A stretch of DNA of 24,208 nt from Chlamydiia bacterium (GTDB lineage: Bacteria > Chlamydiota > Chlamydiia > Chlamydiales > Parachlamydiaceae): assembly GCA_038257035.1 (NCBI GenBank), contig JBBSJT010000022.1, positions 1-24,208 on the forward strand, given 5' to 3'. The notes beneath the pieces were generated by a model. That model did not search any database and had not been told where the DNA came from. It saw nothing but the letters and a program-made list of their open reading frames with translations. This document shows, piece by piece, positions 8,393 to 17,358 of this stretch (positions within the stretch are counted from its first letter, which is position 1; every line of letters begins with the position of its first letter). The position numbers and the translations under genes were made by a program.

Positions 8393-9883
8393 TTAGCTTA
8401 AACACTCTTGATCAATTTCAGGGTATAGAGGGAAATTTACTAGCAGTGCAAGTACACGCTTTCTGGCATCTTCGATAATTTTTTCGTCTGTAATAGCATT
8501 TGCACGGCTCATCTCTTGTGTTTTTTGCACAATGGACGGTTTTGTATTTTCAAGAATAGATAAAATAATTGCGGCAATTTCTTCCATTTCTTTTTTGCCC
8601 ATGCCAAGCGAGGTAATGGCTGCTGTACCAAGTCTGATACCGGATGTGTACCAAGGCCCATTTTTATCAAATGGAATAGCGTTTCTGTTGACTGTTAAAA
8701 ATGCTTTTCTGATGGCAGTCTCAGCTTGCCTTCCTGTAATGCCAAATTTTGTCAAATCTATGACAAAAAGGTGATTGTCTGTTCCGCCGGAGACTATGCG
8801 TACGCCTTTGTCCGCAAAGGCTTTGGCTAGATGCTGGCAGTTTTCCACGATTTTCTTAGCATAGTCACAAAATTCTTTACTGTTTGCCTCTTTAAAAGCG
8901 ATGGCTTTTGCAGCGATCACATGAGGTAAAGGTCCACCAAGAACTAAAGGACAGCCTTTATTGAAAACATCTTCATATTCTTTTTTACAAAGAATGAACC
9001 CGCCTCTTGGGCCCCTCAAAGTTTTGTGGGTGGTTGATGTGACCACATCGGCATAAGGGACCGGATCAAACTCACCTGTAAACACTTTACCTGCAACAAG
9101 GCCTGAAAAATGTGCCATATCAACCATGAGTGTGGCCCCGACACTGTCAGCAATTTCTCTCATGATTTTAAAATTAATTTTTCGTGAATAGGCTGAGTAG
9201 CCGGCAAGTAAGATTGCAGGTTTTTCTTTGAGCACTTGAGCTGCTAGCTGTTCGTAGTCTAGAAGTTCAGTTTTAGGATCCACATCGTAAAGAACAGCCT
9301 TCATCATCTTTGAAGATGCATTATGGCGATATCCATGGGTTAAATGGCCGCCTGAATTTAAAGAAAGCCCCATGACTTTTTGATTGACCATCAACTGACG
9401 AATGGCTTCATATTCATCCGGTGTTAATTCGTCGATTGATTTTTTTCCAAGTCTTGCCAATTCTTGGTTTTGTACTCTGTAAACAATGATAGACCAAAAG
9501 GCAACTAGGTTTGCGTCGGCACCGGAATGTGGCTGCACGTAGGCGCAATCTGCATTAAAAATAGCTTTTAATTCTTTTTCGGCAGCTTCTTCTAGGATGT
9601 CAACATTTTCACAACCTGCATAAAATCTATGATTGACATAACCTTCAGCGTACTTGTCTGTAAGAAGATTTCCCATAGCAAGTTGTACGGCAAGGGAGGA
9701 GAAATTTTCAGAGGCAATTAATTTAAGATGAGAGCGTTGACTCTGTAATTCATTGACAATGGTTTTTGACACATGTGGGGCTGATTGCTCGATATGGTCA
9801 AGTGATGCAAGGAAAGCAATTGCTGCAAGATTTTGATCTTTATCTGTTGTTTTAGCGAAATATTTTTTTAAACGTGACATCAT
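8393..9883 (-). CDS. glyA: Serine hydroxymethyltransferase
   Basis: LIASENF, KYAEGY, GGHLTHG, DMAH, TTHKTLRGPRGG (PLP lysine), SGIRLGT. Confidence 0.97.
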   Translation of the reverse strand: MMSRLKKYFAKTTDKDQNLAAIAFLASLDHIEQSAPHVSKTIVNELQSQRSHLKLIASENFSSLAVQLAMGNLLTDKYAEGYVNHRFYAGCENVDILEEAAEKELKAIFNADCAYVQPHSGADANLVAFWSIIVYRVQNQELARLGKKSIDELTPDEYEAIRQLMVNQKVMGLSLNSGGHLTHGYRHNASSKMMKAVLYDVDPKTELLDYEQLAAQVLKEKPAILLAGYSAYSRKINFKIMREIADSVGATLMVDMAHFSGLVAGKVFTGEFDPVPYADVVTSTTHKTLRGPRGGFILCKKEYEDVFNKGCPLVLGGPLPHVIAAKAIAFKEANSKEFCDYAKKIVENCQHLAKAFADKGVRIVSGGTDNHLFVIDLTKFGITGRQAETAIRKAFLTVNRNAIPFDKNGPWYTSGIRLGTAAITSLGMGKKEMEEIAAIILSILENTKPSIVQKTQEMSRANAITDEKIIEDARKRVLALLVNFPLYPEIDQECLS

Positions 9884-10067
9884 TAAGCTCCTTGAATTAA
9901 ATCCAAATATACGAATTTAAAGCTAAAGGCGCAGTCTATCAAAACATCAATAATTACGCAAGTTACAAAAAATATGATATCGTATGCAATTACACAGGTT
10001 ACAAAATGCATGTTAAGGTAGGCATTTTTTTACCGCGAAGGATGCGAAAAAAATATACCGTTTCTAA

Positions 10068-10284
10068 GGATTTTTTTACCGCGAAGGGCGCGAAGGAGCG
10101 CGCTGAAGCGCGAGAAGAAGCGCGAAGAAGCGCAGCTTATGCTGCGAAAAGAACAGCAGGTGATTTAAAATAAACGTTAAAAAATAAAGTAATACGAAGT
10201 TCTTACTCGCGCTTTTAAGCGCGCTCTCTTCGCGTCCCGCAGCGAAGCTTGCGCTTCTTCGCGTCCTTCGCGGTAAAAAAATCC
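10068..10284. repeat. Intergenic palindromic element, CGCGAAG-unit type
   Basis: 34-bp terminal inverted repeats GGATTTTTTTACCGCGAAGG(G/A)CGCGAAG(G/A)AGCGC with 2 mismatches; AT-rich core; colinear with 23171-23379; degenerate outer arms near 10025-10046 and 10297-10318. Confidence 0.9.
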
Positions 10285-10321
10285 CCACTAACTATGGCGT
10301 TCTTCGTAGTGAAAAAAAAGT

Positions 10322-11413
10322 TTAGCTAAAAGTACTGCAGAAGGCTTCAAGTTCTTGCATAGAAGGACTGTGTCCAAAACGTACATAAAAGCCGGCCGTT
10401 GCAATGGCGGCCATTAAAATGTCTTTTTTTTCAAGCTCGTACAAAAGAGCATTGCAGTAACCCGCGTTAAAATTATCTCCCGCACCGGTGGTTAATACCG
10501 GATCTTTTACGTGCAGGGTTTTCAGATGAATCTGATCATCAGAGTCTTGTGAAATGGCAAATGTGGCGTGATGCACAAGGAGCCTAAAAACTCTAAGTTG
10601 ATTAAAGAGCTTTTTAGTAGAATCTTTAATTGTTTGAATTGATTGGGTTTGGTATTCCATTCCAAATAAATTACTAACTATCTCAGCTTCTGCAATATTT
10701 AATCCTATAATAACATTGTAAAACTTGTTTAATTCGGCAAGTGTGACTAGCGCCTCTTTTAGATCTTTATGAGTTCTTTTGGAGGGATCCGCAAAATCAA
10801 CAAACAAGATGCGAGAAAAATTTTTTTTTGAAAAATTCGGCGCTTGTTGTAAAATATTTTTCCAAATATCTGTTAAATGTGGCAACATTGTCCAATTGGC
10901 GGAAACAAAAAGATGGGAATTGTCAAGAATTTCAAAAAGGTTTTTTTGCCCAATTTCTGACAGGAGATGAGCGAATGTTATTTTTTTTAAAGAGTTCATC
11001 TTACCAAGAATGATTTTTCCATCTTTAAATTCGAGGGCCTCAGTTTTTGCGCTTGATGCTAAAGGAAAAACTTGACTACAGCGGTTTGCCATTTGTTCAA
11101 AAATTGGTTCTACTTGGGGGTCACCAATGGCACCTGCAAAGACAATGGTGTGGCCGCCTTCCAGAAGAGCATTAGTAAAAATTGGGGCATTTCCACCAAG
11201 TTTTGTTTGTTTGACGACAAGTTCAAAGTTACAACTTTTATTCGATGCATCAGTTAATTTTTTGCCAAAACTTTCGATTGTTTGAAAATAAGTTTGGTTG
11301 TTGGCATCTAAAGCTTTATCTACAACAGAAATGATTTCATCTGTAAAACCGTCAAATCCAATAAAACAATTTTTTGGTTGAATCTTTTTAAAAAGTTTTG
11401 ATAAGTGTTCCAT
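10322..11413 (-). CDS. PfkB/ribokinase-family carbohydrate kinase
   Basis: GFDGFTD, KLGGNAPI and C-terminal TTGAGDNFNAGY anion-hole signature. Confidence 0.85.
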   Translation of the reverse strand: MEHLSKLFKKIQPKNCFIGFDGFTDEIISVVDKALDANNQTYFQTIESFGKKLTDASNKSCNFELVVKQTKLGGNAPIFTNALLEGGHTIVFAGAIGDPQVEPIFEQMANRCSQVFPLASSAKTEALEFKDGKIILGKMNSLKKITFAHLLSEIGQKNLFEILDNSHLFVSANWTMLPHLTDIWKNILQQAPNFSKKNFSRILFVDFADPSKRTHKDLKEALVTLAELNKFYNVIIGLNIAEAEIVSNLFGMEYQTQSIQTIKDSTKKLFNQLRVFRLLVHHATFAISQDSDDQIHLKTLHVKDPVLTTGAGDNFNAGYCNALLYELEKKDILMAAIATAGFYVRFGHSPSMQELEAFCSTFS

Positions 11414-11466
11414 GACTGTTAAAATAGATGCTCAATAAGTTGGTTGTCAATAAAAAATTTTTTAAC

Positions 11467-11495
11467 TTGAGTATATTTATAAAATAGAGTACTCT
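11467..11495 (+). promoter_or_regulatory. Possible sigma-66 promoter for the zinc-ribbon gene
   Basis: TTGAGT-17 nt-TACTCT upstream of ATG 11532. Confidence 0.35.
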
Positions 11496-11531
11496 TTCCT
11501 TATCAAGATATAAAAATTTAGGAAAAAAATC

Positions 11532-12299
11532 ATGCATACATCCCTAACCAAAATTCTAGAAATCCAAGAACGTGACATGCAGATGATTCAGCTCATGAAA
11601 TTAAAGCATGAGCGTCAAAAGGAAATCGAAAATATTAATGCTGTTAAAGCAGATCTTTCAAACCAAGTTTCTTTTAAAGATAGCGAAATTATTGAGTTGA
11701 AAAAAAATATTCGGCTTGTTGAAGGGGAGTTGAGCGAGATTTTAGTTAAATTTAAAAAACTTGAAGAACGTCAAAATAATATCAAAAAAATTGAAGAAAT
11801 TACAGCTTTAAGCCACGAGCTTGCTCATGTTGACAGGGAACGTGCAGCAAAAGAGCTTCGTGTTAGTGATCTTCACGAAAAACTTAGCGCAGAAACAGAC
11901 CTTTTAAAAGGTCTAAAAGATGTTTTAAACACCACGACAAATAGTAGTCAATTACTTGAAGCAGAAATTGTAGAGAGCATCAAAAAAATTAATGAAGAAG
12001 GTCAAGCTATTAAACATGATAGAGATCAACTTGTAGCTGATGCTGATCCGGAAATATTCCAAGTTTATGAGCGTCTATTGCGTAATAAGAAAGATCGCGT
12101 TGTGGTGGCTATCGAAAACCGCTGCTGCAGTGGTTGTCATATTATGTTAACAGCACAAGATGAAAATATGGTTCGCCGTGGCGAGCGTCTAATTTTTTGC
12201 GAACATTGCTCACGCATTCACTACTGGCCTGAAGCTGAAGCCCTTGAAAGTGCAGCAACAGTCACAAAAACTCGTAGAAAGCGCGCAACTAAGGTATAG
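11532..12299 (+). CDS. Coiled-coil plus C4 zinc-ribbon protein (DUF164; CT398/CdsZ-like)
   Basis: Long heptad-rich N-terminus, CSGCH...CEHCSRI; adjacent to rnpB as in Chlamydia. Confidence 0.9.
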   Translation: MHTSLTKILEIQERDMQMIQLMKLKHERQKEIENINAVKADLSNQVSFKDSEIIELKKNIRLVEGELSEILVKFKKLEERQNNIKKIEEITALSHELAHVDRERAAKELRVSDLHEKLSAETDLLKGLKDVLNTTTNSSQLLEAEIVESIKKINEEGQAIKHDRDQLVADADPEIFQVYERLLRNKKDRVVVAIENRCCSGCHIMLTAQDENMVRRGERLIFCEHCSRIHYWPEAEALESAATVTKTRRKRATKV

Positions 12300-12313
12300 T
12301 TATTAAATTTTAA

Positions 12314-12670
12314 GGGAAGACAAGCAATCGCTATTACCTTTTTAAGGTGGTAGAGGAAAGTCTGGACTTCATAAGAGAGGATACCAGTGAAAGACTGGGG
12401 GCTGTAAGGCTACGGAAAGTGTAACAGAAAATATTCCGCTACCGCGAGGTAGACAGGTTGAAATGCTTGGCTTAAGGCCAAGCCCCTTGCTGGGTAACCG
12501 GTAAGGGTGACAAACCCTATCCGAAGCAAGACAAGTTTGAGGCAATACAGTACTCTGCTGTGCTTTATAAGATGTCGCTTGAGGGTTTTGGCGACAAAAC
12601 CCCTAGATGAATGATTGCTACAAGTCGCATTTATTTGCGGCCTGGACAGAATCCGGCTTATCGTCTTCCC
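12314..12670 (+). ncRNA. rnpB: RNase P RNA, bacterial type A
   Basis: GAGGAAAGTCTGGAC near the 5' end, GGAAAGTGTAACAGAAA, ACAGAATCCGGCTTAT near the 3' end; P1 pairing GGGAAGAC/GTCTTCCC followed by a T tract. Confidence 0.96.
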
Positions 12671-12714
12671 TTTTTTTCTTCATGAGCGTGGGTTAACTCT
12701 TATTTAAAATTATT

Positions 12715-13267
12715 ATGAACATAAATAATACACCCGCCCTCCCCACTATCAATTTACATCAAGAGATCGCTCGTTTAGATAAAGAAATTGAAGAAATTAA
12801 ATTTGTTCAACAGTTTTTTGAATATATGGAAAGACCGCGTAAGATTTATAATTTTACGTTCGGTGCGTTTTTGGGTGTAATTTATTGGACAGCTATTGGT
12901 GAAAGGTTTTTTAAGTCAGATACTGAAAAAGTAGTGGCTATTGCAATATTTTTTTTAGCAGCAGCAGCTTATTGTTTAACAGTTAAATATTCTCCTGACA
13001 TGTATCAAAATTTTTCAAGGGTTGTATTAAATCTTATTTGAATCTAGGATTTAATTTACCGGAAGACGATTTACTTGAAAAAGTGGAGCTCATTAAAAAA
13101 AACATTCCGAATAAAAAAAATTCCTCTATGATCTTCCCAATGTATTAGCATCCAAAGATCCTCGATTAAGTCTTTTTAAAATCATGAGCGTCTATAAAAG
13201 TGAGCTTGGGAAAACTCTTCCGGTCGAGCTTTGGAGAGAAATCACTCACTTAATTATCAAACTTTAA
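12715..13267 (+). pseudogene. Frameshifted gene: two-TM (Inc-like) protein with C-terminal F-box-like motif
   Basis: Adding one A at 13007-13010 and one at the A8 run 13113-13120 gives a continuous 184-aa frame ending ..GKTLPVELWREITHLIIKL*. Confidence 0.55.
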
Positions 13268-13284
13268 AAATTAAATAGGTTACG

Positions 13285-13515
13285 ATGTCCAAAAAAATAG
13301 TATTTTTATTTTGCCTTTTCGCTCCATTATTCTCTTATGCAGCAGAGATTGCTCCTCAAAAAAAAGAAGTTGGTCGATACCAAATGGTTTCACATGATAC
13401 CGGTCACTTATACCTCTTAGATACAGCCACAGGTCAAGTGTGGAGGTCAGAGACTATGCAAGACTGGTATTATCATGATACATGGGTACCCCAAATTACA
13501 TCCTTCAAAGACTAA
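13285..13515 (+). CDS. Small exported hypothetical protein
   Basis: 76 aa, signal peptide (..PLFSYA/AE), GRYQ..YLLDTATGQVW beta-rich motif. Confidence 0.7.
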   Translation: MSKKIVFLFCLFAPLFSYAAEIAPQKKEVGRYQMVSHDTGHLYLLDTATGQVWRSETMQDWYYHDTWVPQITSFKD

Positions 13516-13609
13516 AATACATTTTAAGGGTGGTATTGGTAATATATACAGGTGCTACTTGAAATTGAAAATTTGCAATGTTCATAAAACTAATTATTAT
13601 AACATCTTC

Positions 13610-13720
13610 GATTTTTTACAGTGAGGCAGTGAGAAGCTGCATGAGGACAGTGAGGGGATCTGAATTCATTGCCTCTCACTGATCTCATGCAGCTTCTCAC
13701 TGCCTCACTGTAAAAAAATC
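13610..13720. repeat. Intergenic palindromic element, CAGTGAGG-unit type
   Basis: 34-bp perfect arms TTTTTTACAGTGAGGCAGTGAGAAGCTGCATGAG; imperfect pairing continues to the central TGAATTCA; termini GATTTTTT/AAAAAAATC. Confidence 0.9.
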
Positions 13721-13895
13721 ACATACGCTATATTAATTTGCCTTCGAACCATACTTTTTTATTGGTTGTAGCCAAATGTAAATAAGGATTTATTTTAACT
13801 GATATGAATAGGGTCAAAAAAACTCCTATTGCGGTAAAAACTATTTTTGAATATGTTTCTTGATTTTCAAGATAAACCATAAGAGGAGTACAAAA

Positions 13896-14315
13896 ATGAA
13901 AACACTTTATACAGCACATGCCACTACAGTTGGCGGAAGAGAAGGTCGAGTATCAACGGATGACAAGAAAATAGATATGACTCTAACGCGTCCGGGAGCA
14001 ACTGGAGCTGGCACAAATCCTGAGCAACTATTTGCTGCGGCCTATAGTGCTTGCTTTGGTGGTGCTGTTGCAGCCGTTTCAAAAAGCCAGGGAGTAGATG
14101 GTGTGGCAACGGTTAAATCTGAGGTTAATTTAAATAAAGATGATGAAAATGGTTTTTCATTAAGTGCGACCATTGATGCTAATATTGAAGGGTTGGACGA
14201 TAGTGAAAAGCTCGAGGAAATCATTCTTAGCGCACATCACATGTGTCCTTATTCAAGGGCTATTCGTGGAAATGTTGAGGTTAAATTAAAAGCTAATGGG
14301 AGAGCTATAAATTAA
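13896..14315 (+). CDS. ohr: Organic hydroperoxide resistance protein (Ohr/OsmC family)
   Basis: LYTAHAT..GGREG, TNPEQLFAAAYSACF, AHHMCPYSRA (both catalytic Cys); AGAGGAG RBS before ATG 13896. Confidence 0.92.
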   Translation: MKTLYTAHATTVGGREGRVSTDDKKIDMTLTRPGATGAGTNPEQLFAAAYSACFGGAVAAVSKSQGVDGVATVKSEVNLNKDDENGFSLSATIDANIEGLDDSEKLEEIILSAHHMCPYSRAIRGNVEVKLKANGRAIN

Positions 14316-14411
14316 TACTATTCTTAATGAAATCTTAACATAAGTTTAATCGAAACTTATTAGTATTTTAGTAAAATATAGGTATGTTTATTAAAAAATT
14401 AATGGAGTTTT

Positions 14412-15875
14412 ATGATTAGATTTATTTTAAGTTTAGCTTTAATAATTGTAGGACTCGTCGTTATTTCACCTATGAGATCTCTTCATTCCGAGGAGATCTC
14501 TCTTAAAGAGCAGCAATTCGTAGCAAAAATCAGACAAACAATTGATCAATTAAACAATGAAAAAGGGTTGGTCTGGAAAGATTTTGATCTAAATTGTCCA
14601 ATTATTGTTACATTTTCAAAAAAACATATTTATGCATTTGGCTTGAAAACCCAAAATCCTCTTTGGCAAGTAAAAAACGATGGAATTTTGTTTTCTGAAG
14701 TAGATCACTGGGGAGTGACACAAGTCACTATGCAAGACAAATTTCTAGTGGATAATGAGGAAGCTTTTATATTTAGCATCGATCTCAACGAAGAAAATAG
14801 TTTTGCCGAACGTCCAATTTTAGTTTTGGTGCATGAGCTTTTTCACCGTTATCAATTTGCTCATTTTAAAAAAATGGAAGATATCGGGCATTATGAGGAT
14901 AAATTAAACCGTGAAAATCTTGCCCTAATTGGTTTGGAAGAGCGTATTCTTATCGATTTTTTAAGGGTAAAGCAAGAGTTTAAACTAAATGTCTTAAAAG
15001 ATTATATGGCAGTTAATTTAAAGCGTAGCCAAATCATGGATCCAGCCTCGGTGCAGTGGGAGCAATTTCAACAGGTCATGGAAGGGCTTGCAGATTATGT
15101 CAGCATTGAGACTTTTGATCATTTTCCCATTTTAGAAAAATTTGATGGCCATAGGCATTTGCAATTTACACTTTCAGGATATATTTACTCAGAAGATGCC
15201 CAAGAGCTTGCTGTTAAATGGAGTCATTATGGGTTGGGAGCGACGCTTGGAAAGGCTTTGGATTTTTTAAATGTTGCCGACTGGAAAGCTGAAATTGAAG
15301 AGGGTAAAGCTCAAGGCCAGATTTTAAAAAATGTGCTTGATCTATCTGACGAAGAAGTAAATAGGCGGTCAAATTTTGCAAAAGAATTTTATAAGTATGA
15401 TGAAATTGTAAAAGAAATTGATGTAAAAGTAACATCTTTTACTGAAATGGTAGATGGTTTAATGGCAGGTTATGAGGATCAAGAGGGGCTTGTAGCCATG
15501 ATTGAGCGGCCACGCGATGTTGGAATCAATGGGGGTGGTTCAAGTCTTGGGATTTATCATCTTGATAATGGAATAACGGTTTCTGTTAAGGATAAATCTT
15601 TTTCATCCGCGACAGATAACAGCTGGAAGTTAGAGTTAAAGGAAATTCCGTTTCTTTTACAAAATGGTTGGGGTGCAAGGGTTATAAAGATTGATCACCA
15701 CTCAAAAATCGTTTTAGATGGAAAAGTTTATACACTTGATGAATTAAAAAAAGAGAAACATCCAAAGACTTTTAAGACTCTTTTTTGGGACTGTTCCACA
15801 TCTGTTTTTGAAAGCGATCGAGCAGGTAAATTAATTGTAAGTCAAGAAGGACTTGAAGTGATTTTCAACTTTTAG
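14412..15875 (+). CDS. Exported hypothetical protein, putative gluzincin metallopeptidase
   Basis: N-terminal signal/TM, LVHELFH (HExxH), downstream MEGLADY. Confidence 0.6.
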   Translation: MIRFILSLALIIVGLVVISPMRSLHSEEISLKEQQFVAKIRQTIDQLNNEKGLVWKDFDLNCPIIVTFSKKHIYAFGLKTQNPLWQVKNDGILFSEVDHWGVTQVTMQDKFLVDNEEAFIFSIDLNEENSFAERPILVLVHELFHRYQFAHFKKMEDIGHYEDKLNRENLALIGLEERILIDFLRVKQEFKLNVLKDYMAVNLKRSQIMDPASVQWEQFQQVMEGLADYVSIETFDHFPILEKFDGHRHLQFTLSGYIYSEDAQELAVKWSHYGLGATLGKALDFLNVADWKAEIEEGKAQGQILKNVLDLSDEEVNRRSNFAKEFYKYDEIVKEIDVKVTSFTEMVDGLMAGYEDQEGLVAMIERPRDVGINGGGSSLGIYHLDNGITVSVKDKSFSSATDNSWKLELKEIPFLLQNGWGARVIKIDHHSKIVLDGKVYTLDELKKEKHPKTFKTLFWDCSTSVFESDRAGKLIVSQEGLEVIFNF

Positions 15876-16029
15876 GTCAAAAAACGCTATAAAATTTTTA
15901 TGTAGATTAATAAAAGAATATTGTGTATGTTATTTAATAAGCGGTGAAAGTGGTTTTTAAATAACCTGCACCATATTAAGAAGCCCTAAAAAGAATTTTA
16001 CCAATCATTCTCTATTGAAAGAGGACTTT

Positions 16030-16293
16030 ATGAAAGAATTTGTAGCTTATATAGTGAAAAACCTCGTCGATCATCCCGATCAGGTAAAAATTAATGAAAT
16101 CGGCGGCACTCAAACGTTGATCATTGAATTATCCGTTGAAAAATCAGACATCGGCAAAATCATCGGCAAAAAAGGGAAGACAATCAACGCGATTAGAACT
16201 CTTTTAATGTCTGTTGCTAGTCGTAATGGAATCCGCGTTAACCTTGAAATCTTAGAAGACGGCGCACCGAAATCAGAAGAAGAAGAAGTTTAA
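16030..16293 (+). CDS. khpA: KH-domain RNA-binding protein (KhpA/UPF0109)
   Basis: IVKNLVDHPDQV, DIGKIIGKKGKTINAIRTLL; GAGGA RBS before ATG 16030. Confidence 0.9.
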   Translation: MKEFVAYIVKNLVDHPDQVKINEIGGTQTLIIELSVEKSDIGKIIGKKGKTINAIRTLLMSVASRNGIRVNLEILEDGAPKSEEEEV

Positions 16294-16303
16294 GTCTTTT
16301 AGT

Positions 16304-16342
16304 TTCTCAAAAATTCGCTAATCATAGACGAATTTTTGAGAA
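16304..16342. terminator. 14-bp stem-loop after khpA
   Basis: TTCTCAAAAATTCG...CGAATTTTTGAGAA perfect inverted repeat, between convergent khpA and tRNA. Confidence 0.55.
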
Positions 16343-16418
16343 CATTTTCGTTTCATATCAATTTCCCATATTTTCAAATTCAAGACTTCCGATAATTATC
16401 GTTTAATCTTTCCTAACC

Positions 16419-16514
16419 TAATGTAAAAGTAAAATTTGGAGTGCTGTAACTCTGTACAGCTTTGGTGTTCAGACTGACTCTGGCAGGCGGCTGCCAAATC
16501 ACCAAAGGTGATTT
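16419..16514. repeat. REP-like element, family B copy 3
   Basis: TAATGTAAAAGTAAAATTTGGAGTGCTGTAACTCTGTACAGCTTTG, then TGGCAG-GCGG-CTGCCA and AAATCACC-AAA-GGTGATTT hairpins. Confidence 0.8.
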
Positions 16515-16548
16515 TAGGAATGAGTAAAAGAGGGTTTTTATGTCTTAA

Positions 16549-16603
16549 GGTCCGAAGGACCGCTATATGATAGCCTAGGTCGAAGCGAAGCGGGAGGCCT
16601 AGG
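16549..16603. repeat. Two-hairpin REP-like unit (single copy in window)
   Basis: GGTCC-GAA-GGACC, spacer GCTATATGATAG, CCTAGG(TC)...GCGAAGCG...(GG)CCTAGG; abuts the tRNA 3' end. Confidence 0.45.
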
Positions 16604-16609
16604 GGAAAA

Positions 16610-16682
16610 CGGACCGAGCAGGATTCGAACCTGCGACCACCCGCTTAGAAGGCGGGTGCTCTATCCACTGAGCTATCGGTCC
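16610..16682 (-). tRNA. tRNA-Arg (anticodon TCT), CCA not encoded
   Basis: Minus strand GGACCGATAGCTCAGTGGATAGAGCACCCGC-CTTCTAA-GCGGGTGGTCGCAGGTTCGAATCCTGCTCGGTCCG, a complete 73-nt cloverleaf. Confidence 0.97.
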
Positions 16683-16838
16683 AATGGGTAATTAGAAACG
16701 ATAGTCTAACAAATTCCGTCGTTTAAGCCAAGTAAAAAAATAAAAATCCTAATTTTTTTAATTTTTCTTCCAAGTTTTCTCTTCCTAAATATGGTCAATA
16801 AAAGTATACTATTACTTTCTTAACATGTTGTGAATTAA

Positions 16839-17351
16839 GTGAATAATTTAAAGAAAGTTTATGTTGCCTTGGGCGGAAATCTTGGGAATCCTGCCCTTAC
16901 TTTAAAAAAAGTAATAGCAAAGTTAAAGTGCTTGCCAAAGATTATCGACTTAAAGGTGTCAAAGTTTTATCGGACAACTCCTGTAAGTGATTTGCCTCAA
17001 GACCCTTATGTCAATGCTGTTTGCTCTTTTGAAACAACATTTTCAGTGTATGAGCTTTTACAGAATTTGCAAGAGATTGAAAAAACTTTTGGGAAAGTAG
17101 AAAAGCCGAAAAACCACCCAAGATTTATCGATCTTGACATTTTATTTTTTGCGGCAGAAACTTATCAAGAAAAACATCTTGAAATTCCTCATCCAAGATG
17201 GCAGGAGAGGCTGTTTGTACTTATTCCGTTATTGGACTTAACAAAAGAAATTCAGGTTTTGAAAGAAAATCAACTTGTTACAATAAATATCGACTCTTTA
17301 ATGGAAGGGTTTTTAAACATCAATCAGGAACAAGTACATCGTATCGATTAA
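16839..17351 (+). CDS. folK: 2-amino-4-hydroxy-6-hydroxymethyldihydropteridine diphosphokinase
   Basis: YVALGGNLG, YRTTP..Q..YVNAV, PRFIDLDIL, IPHPRWQERLFVLIPL; GTG start. Confidence 0.93.
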   Translation: MNNLKKVYVALGGNLGNPALTLKKVIAKLKCLPKIIDLKVSKFYRTTPVSDLPQDPYVNAVCSFETTFSVYELLQNLQEIEKTFGKVEKPKNHPRFIDLDILFFAAETYQEKHLEIPHPRWQERLFVLIPLLDLTKEIQVLKENQLVTINIDSLMEGFLNINQEQVHRID

Positions 17352-17358
17352 AGGAGTT

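Noticed and set aside
10068..10284. CRISPR array interpretation of the repeats
   Set aside because: No constant 23-47 nt direct repeats with unique regular spacers, and no cas genes
10076..10288. 70-aa ORF, and similar ORFs at 23072-23257 and 23267-23491
   Set aside because: They are translations of the palindromic repeats; their mutual similarity (FLPRR..RSAS) is explained at DNA level
1665..14315. Cytochrome c peroxidase and Ohr as one oxidative-stress system
   Set aside because: They are 11 kb apart, with no shared operator or regulator visible
16610..16682. tRNA as an integration site of a genomic island
   Set aside because: I found no duplicated tRNA 3' end and no integrase in the window
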